Below are positions 1-12,080 of a stretch of 64,000 nt of DNA, in pieces (the first letter of the stretch is position 1; each line of letters starts with the position of its first letter). The position numbers and the translations under genes were made by a program. Source of the DNA: Squalus acanthias (lineage: Eukaryota); the NCBI GenBank assembly GCA_030390025.1, contig CM059437.1:94364001-94428000 (forward strand). Direction: 5' to 3'. Under the pieces are notes generated by a model, which was given only the letters and a program-made list of their open reading frames with translations, was not told the origin of the DNA and made no database searches.

Positions 1-1009
1 ACTGAAAAAACACATAACTGAGCCCTTTGTTCAAACCGCTTTACCCACTTGGAGTACGACTGCTCTTGAACCATTCTCTGATTTAACATAAAAATTATGT
101 GGACTGTAAAGAGGGAGAGAATTAATAAGAATAAAGGTTCGTTAAAAAGTGCAGTCAAAATGTAAAGCTGCAGAAACCTCGATTTACTTGGGTAAATGAC
201 TAACATAAAAAACAACCTTTCAAAAGAAACTGCAGTGACTCCCACAAAGACTTCAGCATTCTGCTGACGTATATGGAGAAAATTTGATTTTGGGCACAAG
301 GGAAAACTAAGTTTAGAAAAAAAAGGCCACATTTTATTCATTTTAAAATAGCATCACGAGTGACAGATGGACCATACTTTGGCCAGTTATACAAGGTTTA
401 AAACATTTTTTTTAACCCCCCCTAAATTCTATAATGAATTATGCAATTATCAGGTGAGAAAATCAGGAATATATTCCGAGGCAGGTTTCTTTCCACGTGC
501 TTATCTGGCTTACTGCACAAATTTAGCGTGCGCTGCATTCATGGTCATTTCTGGGATCTAGCGGTGTGAAAATTGGCTGCCATATTTGTCTACATAATGG
601 GGATTCCATTTAAAAGGTCATTTATTTGAAGCACTTTGAAAGGCACTACGTAAATATAAATATTTCTGGTTATTTTTACCCCAAATACATGTTTTCAGAA
701 GCTTTAACTACGGGCTCGCTCTACAGAGGGCTGATCTGGGATGAGGCAGCAGTTAATGGTGCAGCTAGCACAGTTACACATTGCACCATGGATCCTCCCC
801 CGTACTGCGAGTTACTGATTTTAGCTGCGACATTCTATGGAAGCGCCAAGAGAAAGCAAAGCAAAGCCAAGTATGTTACTGACGAAAGCAAGCCAAATTA
901 AAAAAATAGCAGCAGGCACGTCACCCATTGCCACTCTCATACATTTCCCAGCAATCTGATCAAAAAAGCATTTCTGGAGCAGGCTTGGTTAACCCGAGAG
1001 TTTTCCAGC

Positions 1010-1125
1010 AGACTATTCGGCCCAACAGGTCTATGCCGGTGTTTATGCTCCACATGAGCCTCCTCCCACCCTACTTCATCTCAACCTATCAGCACAACCC
1101 TCTATTCCTTTCTCCCTCAAGTACT
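1010..1125 (-). mobile_element. CR1 LINE 3' tail fragment
   Basis: ATTCGGCCCAACAGGTCTATGCCGGTGTTTATGCTCCACATGAGCCTCCTCCCACCCTACTTCATC is nearly the same as the CR1 3' UTRs at 24290-24360 and 34095-34165. Confidence 0.85.
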
Positions 1126-1829
1126 TATCAGGGTCATCATTTCTACCCTCCTGGAAAAGGAATGGTGTTTGGCCTGGGGAGGGTAAAGACCTAAGAGGTC
1201 GAGAGAAAATATAAACAGGAAATGGGAAAAGGAGATAGGAAGTGGAAGAGAAGCAGTTGGACACAAGATGCCAGAACAATGCAGCCGACAAAAGATATTT
1301 GTGAAATAGAAGCACTTTTCAGAAACTTACACCTTAATTGTTCCCAGCTGTAAACTAAACTGCCTCACTCATCACTTCAGAAATGGTCCCACTTCAAATA
1401 AATGGGCTTTCCACAGGATCATTTCTTATTAATACGTTTCATGCTCCTGCAGGGCATTTGGTCTGTGCAACATACACTGAAGATTGAACAAATCAGTTAT
1501 GTTCTACATTGCCTATTTGTATGTGCAACTGCTGGAATTTGTTAGATTAGAACTAATCGTTTGGGGGAGGGAAAAGAGACCAAAGGCCCCACAGGAGTTT
1601 TGCAGCCCCTTACTTTGAAAAACAATGTTTGCAGCCAAACAATTTTATGTAAAACAGACAAACCACAAAGCTACAGTTCTCCTTCGTTAAAATTTAATCA
1701 GAATGTTTTACAGTACAAATGTTGATGTTGTCCTTAAGAGCATTATAATCAAAAAGCACAATAAATTTGGGCCTTGTGAAAGACAGACTAAGGATTTCTT
1801 GAAATACCAGAAGCCACAAACACCACCAG

Positions 1830-2125
1830 TTAAACAACAACTTGCATTTATATAGCGCTTAATGTAGTAAAACGCCCCAATGCGCTTCACAAGAACATTA
1901 TCAAACAAAATTTGACACCGAGCCACACAAGGAGATATTAGACAAGTCACCAAAGGCTTGGTCAAAGAGGTAGGTTTTAAGGAGCGTCTTAAGGGAGAGC
2001 GAGAGAGCGAGAGCGAGAGAGGGAGAGGGAGAGGGAGAGGGAGAGGGAGTTAAAGAGGCGGAGAGGTTCAGGGAGGGAATTCCAGAGCTTAGGGCCTAGG
2101 CAGCTTAAGGCATGGCCTCCAATGG
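1830..2125 (-). mobile_element. L2 LINE 3' end, with an internal GA-rich microsatellite at about 1995-2050
   Basis: The reverse complement ends in GCGCTATATAAATGCAAGTTGTTGTT, an L2-type tail. It includes CCTAGGCCCTAAGCTCTGGAATTCCCTCCC (the LWNSLP motif) and matches the copy at 54400-54708. Confidence 0.85.
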
Positions 2126-3222
2126 TATACTTGATCCCATAATTAAACCATGTCTACTTATAAACAGACCCACCTACACAACTTGGTCTCCTAACTGCAG
2201 CTATCTAATCATTTAATTAGAACCTTGTTTTGAATTCTCGGCACCATATTAAAAATGTCACAAAAAACACAGATCTAATACTTATAAGTAGCATGACATT
2301 TACAGTAGTTCTTTAGAATTCAAACAGTATAAGTATCTACCGGACAGTGCAGATGGTAAGCTTCTGACATAATCAGTTATGTAATTTTCCAGTCAAAGTT
2401 ACTGTAAGATCTGAGCATTTCAAGTTCTGTGGAATAAAAATTTCTCTTGCAAATGTAAGCAGATATTAAACAGATGTACCAAACTAGCGTTGCTCTAGTA
2501 TACTCCAGATTACTGCATTGGTGTTTTGCCTAAATTCGGTGGGCAACTTTGCTTTAAGAACAGAGAAAACGTAGCAAGGAGCAAAGTTATACAGGTAGCT
2601 GTTAAGAATGCGCTCCTGGCGTGGAGCTTTGCCCAGAGGCTCTGTGTTGAGCTTGCACATTCTTAACTCAATACAGTTCACAATAGAAATGAGACATCAT
2701 TGTAAGCACACCAACGTTCACAGTAACTCCGAGGCAGTTAGAGGGCGAAGACAGAAACAGAAGAGGGTGTTAAAAAAAAAAGTAGGAGCCACCTGAGCAG
2801 GTTTTCAATAAACACATTGTGCAACACATGTGAACAATGCTGAATATCAAGCTGAGCCAGATTATATAATGAGCCACAATCTTGAAGTGAAATTCTGAGC
2901 TTAAGATTCAGATAAGGAAGAAAGTTAATGCCTTTATAAATTTGAATTATAAAGTTACATAGAATCCGAGAAATATTTACTGGACTAGCAATAAGGTTTT
3001 ACAGAACAACTTAGGAGTACATTTCAGGCAATTTGCTAATTCTCACTGTTAATTTTAAGTATCCCTTCAGTTAAGTACAGTGATTTAATTCCGAAAGCAG
3101 ATGCGAAACAAACCAGTTTAGAAAATGCTACTTGGGACTTCAGCTCATTGAATGATAAAAACACGGTTGAATTTGAGTGTTCAAGAATTGAAATTGTGCT
3201 CTGAATGAGAAGATAAACATAC

Positions 3223-3271
3223 CTTTACTTGGTGCGGGTGAGAAAAGTTTCTCTGAGCCTACATCTGATGC
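3223..3271 (-). CDS. FBRSL1: Internal coding exon (49 nt, phase 0 to phase 1) of an AUTS2-family gene, most likely fibrosin-like 1; peptide ASDVGSEKLFSPAPSK plus 1 nt
   Basis: The minus strand reads CTTCTCTGCTTTTTCCACAG|GCATCAGATGTAGGCTCAGAGAAACTTTTCTCACCCGCACCAAGTAAAG|GTATGT, with a canonical acceptor and donor. The translation aligns with recalled human AUTS2 ASDASSEKLFNTVIVNK and FBRSL1 ASVGSEKLFAPGTDK; VGSEKLF favours FBRSL1. The other two frames contain stops. Confidence 0.8.
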
Positions 3272-6219
3272 CTGTGGAAAAAGCAGAGAAGATATGTTAA
3301 GATTTGAGTTTTATATCAACGCATTACTTGAAAACCACCAGTAGAGGGAAGTGTTTTGCCACCAAAGGCCACAAAATCACTAACAAAATACTTATTTTTT
3401 TAAAAAGCATAAAGTCGATAGAATTATCCATTTGCCTGGGTGTAAACGGAAAATGAATAGCCTGCCAATCCAATTTTTAGTGAAGAGAGAGTTGTGGCCA
3501 CAACCAAGAGCCAGCAGTTCAAGGGCTCTTGAAACAAAAATGCTCTTACACAACAGTTCCATGTGAATAAACAAAATATGGTAAGGAAAAGGAGAAGATC
3601 TAGCTCAATGCAAGCTCCAGCTCTTTGACAAATATGTCTTCAAACAGTGTAGACAGACTGTTGAGTAGAAAGCACCCCACAGGCCATCAAACACAAGCAA
3701 AAACTGACAATATAGCCATGATCTTTTGCACTGCAGGACATCCAATTTACATTCATTTTGCGAACATTCTCATCAACAATTGTATACTACGACTGAAAAC
3801 TTGAATACACAGCAGCTAAACATCGGGTGATGTAGAAACTGTTTTTGTAAACCTTTTGAAAAAGGGAGAAAAAAACCAGAATCTATCTAGCGCATGCTGC
3901 ATGCCTGGATGGAACTGACGCAGCAGCCTGCAAAGTTCCAGCAAATTTCTTTGATCCCCTCAGACCTGGCTTACTTTGAGAGTGCCATTTCGTCAATTAA
4001 CCCCGTCACTTTGATCTAGTCTCCCCTTGGCGCAAGGGGATTGAACTTCCTTCAAGTTTCACATGCCAAGACTTCCCACCAGCCCTAAACCTGACTTGTC
4101 AGGCTCAGTAAGCCTTTTGTACTCAAAATTGATTTTCAATGAAAACCATCTGTGGCTACGGGATTCTCAAGCAACCCGACTAATGTAAGCAGCTACACAT
4201 TATTTGCTTAATGCCAATGAGAGGCAGCAGAGAAAAGGATTAACTGATATGTTAAAATGGCTGGGGACATTAAAAGCTGCTGCTCTCTAATTTAGGCGTG
4301 AAGTATAACTGGCCTTCGAGGCTCTGCATCAGCGCAATCTATTTTAATAGGAGGTGTAAACACCATGACTCCCAGAAAGCCCATTTAGGACTGCGTAGCT
4401 ATCTCGTTATTTTTAATGAATCTATACAATTGGCAATCTGAGCTTTTAGTGTATATAAAATAGAAGAAAGCATTCCTAAAAGAGAAATTATAGTACTTTG
4501 AGTATTATTTTACTATAAATACCCAACTAGAAACACTAGCACTTCTGTGTCAGTTGGAAACTTCTAGCCGTTAGTCAATGAAGAATGGCTGGATATTAAG
4601 CGTGTGGAGAGGAGTAGTCCATAGACCAGAAATCAACCAAATTTCCCTTCTCCCCCTTAATGTTCCACAAAACATACAGAAGCTTTAAAAAAAAATCTTT
4701 TGTCTGTTAACTATTTACATAATTTCTGGATTGTTCAAGTGCAGTGCATCAAAATGTTGATCAGCTATCCTACCACTGCTATCCGGCCTCAGTGATAATG
4801 GTTACTAGCTTGATCCAGCAGAGCAATGCTCGTGATCAACCCCTAATCAAAGGGTTAAACCATTTACAGTAGCAGCTGGCAGTATATGGTACAATTACAG
4901 CATTGCACAATTTAATTCCAACCTGCTTAGTAGGTTTACGGGGGATGATCTCCTTCTAACAGTAGTTCTAAGTTCTGGTAGCCGAGAAGCTGCGTCAATT
5001 GTGCTTTTGTTGCTGTATTAACTGCTAGTCTAAATTTTCCTACCACCATTTCAAACCTGTATGGCAGAGAGTCACGTACCACAGCATTCATTCCCACCTT
5101 CACTTAGAAGTCAGACCTTCAACTGCATACATCAAAATCAGCTGCAAAGGCCACCTTTAGGTCAAGAAAATTGGTGACTATGCACATGTGCACAGCACGC
5201 ATGGCACCTGTAAACCGCTCACTGCACATATAAACACAGTACAACAATGTCTGAGTAGGGGCAAGGTGGAACAGCTCCCATGTATGCACATTTCATGTGT
5301 TCACGTACATTTTTCATTGCAGTAAACAGACTGGTAATGTTATGAATTGAGGAAAATAATGAATCCAAAATATAATAATCAAAAATTAAAATACTAATTT
5401 CAATTATTATGGAGATATGTCAAACCCCAATAAGGTCTGCAATGATCCACATGATCATGTTCATCCCAGAATATAACTGGAGAATTAATTGCAAGGTTCT
5501 TACGAGCGTTGTCACTGCAGCAAAAAAGATCATTGAAAACTATATTAGACAAATAAATGACATTTATTTTAGTGTACATTTGTTTACCAACTTATGCTAA
5601 ATCTTCCCATATAAAATGCATTTTCCCCTAAAAACAATGGTAGAAAGAATATATGTGTGTGTGTACTTTACATAGGAGCATATTATACTCAAAAGATTCA
5701 TAGTTTTTCATGGCTACCAACCATGGATTGGCAGTGAAGTTAGTTGCAACCATATCCACTGCTTTGTGGATTTCATCAGGCATTAAGTACATGGAGTGCA
5801 CTGGCCATAGACAACCACTGCTAAAATAGAATTAAAGCAGGGAATAGTCCCATAGAGTATATAAGGGAGTGATTTTAAGGCTGCAACCTCATTTCAGCGT
5901 CAGATAAAGTTTTATCTTTGCTCTTAATGATTTATGTCGTCTGGACTGGTAACTACTCCCAAGGATCTATTATAGCTGTATATAGCTATCAAAAGGAAAA
6001 ACCTACAGCACTCAAAGAGTTACACAGAATGGCAAAAAGTAGTTTTTTTTAATGCGGATATCTGAAAGGATCATCAACACAAGCCCCAACAAGCTAAATA
6101 TTTTATCTCTTGGTCTCCAACCGATCCTGTGGATTGTGTTTGCTGCGAGTCTGTGCCCATGGTGTATAATTCTCTTAAGTGCATACAATTTGAAAAAGCA
6201 AAAACCATTTCCTTCTGAA

Positions 6220-6513
6220 CACGGTGGCATAGTGGTTAGCACTGTTGCCTCACAGCGCCAGGGACCCGGGTGACTGTCTGTGTGGAGTTTGCACATTCTC
6301 CCCGTGTCTGCGTGGGTTTCCTCCGGGTGCTCCGGTTTCCTCCCACAGACCAAAGATGTGCGGGCTAGGTTGATTTGGCTATGATAAATTGACCCTCAGT
6401 GTTAGGGGGATTAAATACGTGGGGTTACGGGGATAGGGTGGGATATGTGTCGGTGCAGGCTCGATGGGCCGAAATGGCCTCTATCTGCATTGTGGGGATT
6501 CTGTGATTCTGTG
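6220..6513 (+). mobile_element. HE1-type V-SINE (tRNA-derived shark SINE) with the B box deleted
   Basis: It has the tRNA-like head ACGGTGGCATAGTGGTTAGCACTGTTGCCTCACAGCGCCAGGGACCCGGG and the V domain GTGTGGAGTTTGCACATTCTCCCCGTGTCTGCGTGGGTTTCCTCCGGGTGCTCCGGTTTCCTCCCACA. The CR1-like tail runs GATGGGCCGAAATGGCC...GATTCTGTGATTCTGTG. Confidence 0.92.
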
Positions 6514-7999
6514 AAACACACTGGATTAATTTCTATTAACTGTACACTACTCTAGTGTAAACTCCTGTGAAATACATAATTGCTTCCCCAGATTGTACGC
6601 TCAGCCATGTTAAATCAGGATTACAGATATTAAGATTCTGGTCAATCCCTGCATGGCAGTCTTCTGCTCTTCTGATGAGCAGTCATTTTTACCAAAATAA
6701 AGTAAGTTCAAAAGTACTACAAAACAGTACATAATTTGGAACACTTTTTATGGTAGATACCAATGCATAACTTGCTGTTTCCTTTAAAACATGTAATAAG
6801 TGTGCATAACAATTAGTGGAAAATAGCATGTGTTTAATACAAGATGGGTTTGAACAGCCAAAGGAATCAGAGCTTCCTTGTAATTGTAAAGCCTCCCTCT
6901 CGCCCTTCAATGTGGGCAGACAGCAGATTAAGGGGCTGAACTGAATTCCTAGTCAAAAAATAATGCAATGAGCTTTTAAAATGGCTCGGTCTTAAACTAA
7001 TTAATACTTAAGAATTCTGGAGTGCTTGTTTTTTTCATAAGTCATTAAATCCTCTACCTAAAACTGCCTCGCTTCTCTCATACTCGGATAGAAACACTGA
7101 ATTAACTTCACCACTGAAAAATGTCCTCAACTCTAGAGTTTGTACCAAATCGCTTTGAACCTTTACAGGTTGACAAATTATAGATTTTAATTCTGCTCCT
7201 AACACTCCTCCCACCCATAAAACTGATGTTAAAAGATCCGCTCTTCTGGACCAAAAATTCAGCAGTGATCCACTGCAACCCTGTACGTAAATAATTTTGT
7301 CCTTTATTGGAAGCAGGCAAATTGTTTATCTGTTAGTGCACAGGTTGAAGCACCACTAGGTCATGGTTGCTGAGGCTGCCATGTTTATTAAAGTTTACTA
7401 CAGTATCTTTTTCTCCCGGAAATGGAAGCTCTGCCCAACAAACTGCAGGAAGCTTGACCTCTGAGCATGTCCACGTATTAAGCCTGAAGCCACAGACTCC
7501 CTCTGGAGAGCCATCAGCTGCAGAGTTTTTCTTCCCTATTCCCTCCATTAGCTACGCTTTATGAATCACCTTCCTCTGAGCTCAATAAAGCTCCCCTAAG
7601 GAAAGGGCTTTAAAAGCTCTTGAGGTCACAACCCCCCAAGCTATGCTGGCTAAAACAGTTGTAGAAACCTACCAAGCAAAAGGGAGTTGAGCATGAAGTC
7701 TCAGTGCAGTTTAAAATCTCCCCAAGGAGTCTGTGCTTTATCTCTTGATACTCTTTTGCTTCTCCATAGCAGCCAACCTCTACCACTTCATTCAGTGCCT
7801 TCCTTTACACCCTCCTAGAAAGTAGAACTGATATAAAGATCCGGTTTCCCTCATCTCCATTCGGATACCAAACTGCCATATAAACTTAAGTGTTGGCAGC
7901 CATACAAAATGCCACAGGCTCTTGGCAGTGTCATAACTAGGATTGCTCTCCATGCAAGGTGCCTGCATATATCAGTGTAACAGCACAGAAGGGAAGGCT

Positions 8000-8430
8000 T
8001 GGCAAGGGAGGAGTAAAATTATGCTGGCAGCAGACAGCACTCTATACACATATGTCATTTTGCAGTCACGGCAACATTTTATCACTAACACGCCTCCTCC
8101 CCTCCGACACTTGAACCAGTTCCAAATTGTAACACATGTTCCACTGCCTTTTATGTTATAAACACATTAAACACTTTTACGACGAGCATTTTTCGCGTAC
8201 AACCAAAATATTAGTCTGTTGCCAGTTGGTGTCAAATCCGACCCATCCCCCTCGCTTCTTGCTACACCAGCAGCTACAAAGCAGCTGCTGCAGCTTATCA
8301 TGGCTGCCTGTCCATTAACTTTACAAATTAACACCCTATCAGGGCAGCGCAGGACCGATTAATCAGTGAATGCCTGTCTGGTGGTTTATCGCTTCAAACT
8401 GCTGCTGCTGACTCTTTGGAGGCTGTATCT
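8000..8430. promoter_or_regulatory. Candidate conserved noncoding element, next to a strong minus-strand splice acceptor
   Basis: Non-repetitive, CpG-retaining sequence with homeodomain, GATA and E-box motifs (GATTAATC, CTTATC, CAGCTG), bordered by a purine tract at about 8430-8620. Conservation cannot be tested here. Confidence 0.35.
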
Positions 8431-9239
8431 GGACAAGAGAGAAAGGAGAAGAAAGAAGTGAAAGGCAGATGAAGGAGATAGAAAGCAGACAGGGAGGGAG
8501 AGGGGAAAAAAGATAAAGGCATTAGAGAAAATCAGGGCAGGCTGTCGAGCCAGGGAACATACGACTAAGGAGGGAGAAGAAAGAAACAAAAAAAAAAAAT
8601 GGGGAGGGAGAGAATCTTGGAGAAAGATCCAAATCTAATTTGCCCTGGCAATATGCATCGTGACAACCAAATTGGTCAAATCCAAATTAACACTAGCCTC
8701 AGCTGTACCTGGAAAGTATAAATAAATCTAATTAGCTGGATCCAAATGAACTCACTACTGTTTTTTCTCTCACTCTTGCAACGTGACAACACTCGTGCAT
8801 TTTGCAGTAGACAGGCACGCATTCAATACACAAGGTGGTCGCTAGAATAAAGTTCCATCATTTCAGCAAGTCTGTGATAGAAATATAGTTTAACTGTGAT
8901 CAGAGGGTCGATCCAAAACAGACACAAACAAGCCTGATCCTTCGAAATGCCACACATTTGATCTACATGTTGCAAAACAGAGTGCCAGTGTAAACAAGGC
9001 TCATCTCGTGCATTGGCTGCATGCCAGTGTGGATTCAGACTAATGTCAGTATAACCTGGCAGCAGACTGTGGCCATAATTCCCCTCTCACAATTGATGAA
9101 CTTCCCTCTTCTGGGAGCTGCAGCAACCAAGTTCCACTTATAGCTGCTTTCTTATCACTTCAATTGTTGGTGCTTCTCTCGGTGGTTCAACCTTCCACTC
9201 TTCTTCATTTCAATAACCTCCTCCACTCATCATCCAACC

Positions 9240-9670
9240 CATATCATTCTTTTGAAGATTCCAGTCTACATACACAAATTTCTTCCAGATCACAGACTAT
9301 CAGTGCTCACAATCTGAAGTTCTCTCAGTGCAATGGCTGAACCAGCATCTTCTCCATGCCCTTCAATTGGACAATGAAAATCTTCAACTTTCAGAAGTCC
9401 AACCAAAACCTTTCACCTTTAGGCCTTCTGTATCAACATCATTGGCCTCAGTATTGGCTGTGACCTCAAATGGAACTCCCAGAGCTCCTCCATTGCTGAA
9501 GCCATCTTCCGAGAAGCTTGACTATCTCTTGTGCCAAACAATACTTTTCCCCTCAACAAATCTCAATTTAGCCCAAGTCCATCTGAGAGTTGAATACGGC
9601 TCCCCTGTCTGGGAATGCTGTTCTAACACTTCTGTCACACTCCTGGTAAATCGGAAGCTCATTAAAGTTT
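9240..9670 (+). mobile_element. Highly decayed CR1/Jockey-group LINE, RT C-terminal remnant
   Basis: Residual peptides DLKWNS (GACCTCAAATGGAACTCC) and AQVHLRVEYGSPVW resemble the KAQVRxxMEYxxxxW segment downstream of non-LTR RT domains. Confidence 0.55.
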
Positions 9671-11874
9671 GACATCTCAAGCGTTACAGCCAGAATGTGA
9701 CAGGAAGTAAGGGTGGCGCTTACAGGCGTGCACACAGGTAGGTAAACCTTTTAACATACTTTATAAATATACTGATTAGAAAGCAGAAAAGTCAGTGGAG
9801 ATCTACATGCTCAGCATATCACTTTTATATAACTACAGCATGATAAATTGATATTGCAACAAGCAGAGGAGCTACAGAAAGGAAACATAAAATAAACAAA
9901 TAATGAGAAATACTGTTGGGTATTGAATAAAAGTATGAAGTGGAAATCTGGGTTATCTTCACTGAATCTATTTGCAAGCCATACCACACCACCATATGAC
10001 ACGATTGCAGTGTTCAAGCTACGTTGGTTTGTCTAAATCAAAAATGAAAGTAAAACAATGGCGGGAACCAGGCCGAGTGCATACATTCTGGCCAAAGTTT
10101 CAACCCAACTGACAATTTATTCATTGTACTGATGAGAATTTGAATCAAGTCTTTCTGACACATTACGAGATGCAGCATCCAGAAACTAAACCAACTTCCA
10201 GCCAGTTTTTCCGCGAACTAGAACAAGCTCACGTTGGGCTATTTTGTTTGTTCCACAAATGGGGAATTTGAACGCTCAGGACTTCAAGATAGTCGTTCTA
10301 TATGTTTGGAACTGGATTACATTTGAATTTGGGACCATTCTGGTTCCACAAGTGTAAAATCACGGTATGAGTATTACTCATTTTCCCAAAAGATGGGTCC
10401 AAAACACAAAAAAGCCTCTCTCACAGCTACAAGTGGCACACAACATAAACTGAACAAGATTTTTAATGTTGTGACAGAAAATCTACAAGGCTTATAACTG
10501 GACCACAGTGTGCTACTCTAAAACTAGAACATACCCATCTTCATAAACATTGATGGAAAGCAGCACCCTATAAAATGAAAATGCCTTTTAACTTAGGAGT
10601 GTGTCATGTTATGGTAGAGGTCATATAATACCATTTGAACTGTAGAGATAAGACGTAATTGCAGATTGAATTAATCTTCATCAGGGATCAGGCCTGGTCT
10701 TTGTTACCACTGAATTAGATATAGATCCGTGTTCAGCCCTCCCACAGCTGCCAGATATTTAGAAAGGCTTTACCGCCTGGTGCTTGAGGTTTATCATCAG
10801 GTAATGCTTCACTGCATACACTACATTCATTTCCTTGACTTCTGCAATCTGCAGTTTGGCAACACTGCATCTAAGATTAACAAAGGTACAATAAAAATAC
10901 ATAAACTGTCAAAAACCCTACACCATTTTTTTTGGGGGGGGGGGGGGGGGTCAGCAAAAGAGGGATATAACGAGGGACATAACGAGGATAACCACTTCTT
11001 ATTTTTGAAGGCAAGAATATGCGCACATTTTAGCAATGTATAATTGAGGGCATACTTGGGTATATTGGAGTATCTACACTTTTTGTTGCTGAAAGCTAAG
11101 GTATGAATGAGGATAAAACAGTGTGATGAACCTATCTTCACACATACATGCCCAGATTTTCTGCTCTCAAGGAATAATGGCACATTTCTGTTGTGGGGGG
11201 ACCTCTGCCCGCCACAGAGGTGCCCCTGGCTTCGGGGTCATCAGCTTATTTAAGGGTGGGGGCTTCCACAGTATCCGTCGGAGCGTGCTCCGGGAGCCGG
11301 GGCGGAGTTTTGTTGCATGAGGCCCACTATACCTCAGCGCTACTGGCGACGGAGTGGTCGGTGAAATCCAAAATTTTCTTTTTTTTTAAAAAAATCTTCC
11401 AGCCGGACCTATATGAACTGTAAAGGCTATGTGGATTTTAAAAATTTAACCCCCAACCCCTGTTATAATCGTGGACTCTGGGGACCAACAGTGCTGCTTT
11501 GGTACAAATGATGGAAAATATTTTAATGATAAACAGGCAAGCACATCCTTTTGTGATGGACAATTGTCAAATAAAGTTGGAGTGGTGTAAAAATGGGTAG
11601 GGATGTAGCATTGTGCATCCCAACCCAATACCCTCCCATGTTAGTGTCAAACCAGCAAAACAAATTCCAGCCACTTTGTTTAATCATCAATCATACCTTA
11701 TCTCCACTATGAATATACAATCTACATTCATATATATTTCCATTACCCTTACACATTATGCTTAATCCTCAACATATATATTCCAAATTGTGACAACATT
11801 TCCCATCCCTCTTATAAATGTAATTATTATTGAGGGCTGATGAGAAATACCCATTCCACTGGTAAATTGATAAT

Positions 11875-12080
11875 TAGGCATTGTGATTGTCCATCTTCAT
11901 GTTCAGCCTAATGCAGCAGTTGGGGAAAAGGTCAAAACTGACTGGCTCAATGCGGAGTTTTTGGCAGAAGCCGAACAGGATGGCTTTGGTTAAAGTTAGA
12001 GAGCTCTGGCTCATCAATGACTTAATGTCAGACAGTGGTGGCATGGAGTCAAGGATGGTGGCAGAGAGGTACGGCTGGGT
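11875..12080 (-). mobile_element. Decayed L2 LINE ORF2 remnant
   Basis: ORF 11874..12098 contains LSDIKSLMSQSSLTLTKAILFG, resembling the L2 motif LSDIKSWMSxNFLQLNxxKTEAILFG. Confidence 0.6.

Noticed and set aside
6012-6353. ORF MVCGRKPEHPEETHADTGRMCKLHTDS
   Set aside because: It is the antisense translation of the V-SINE domain, not a gene.
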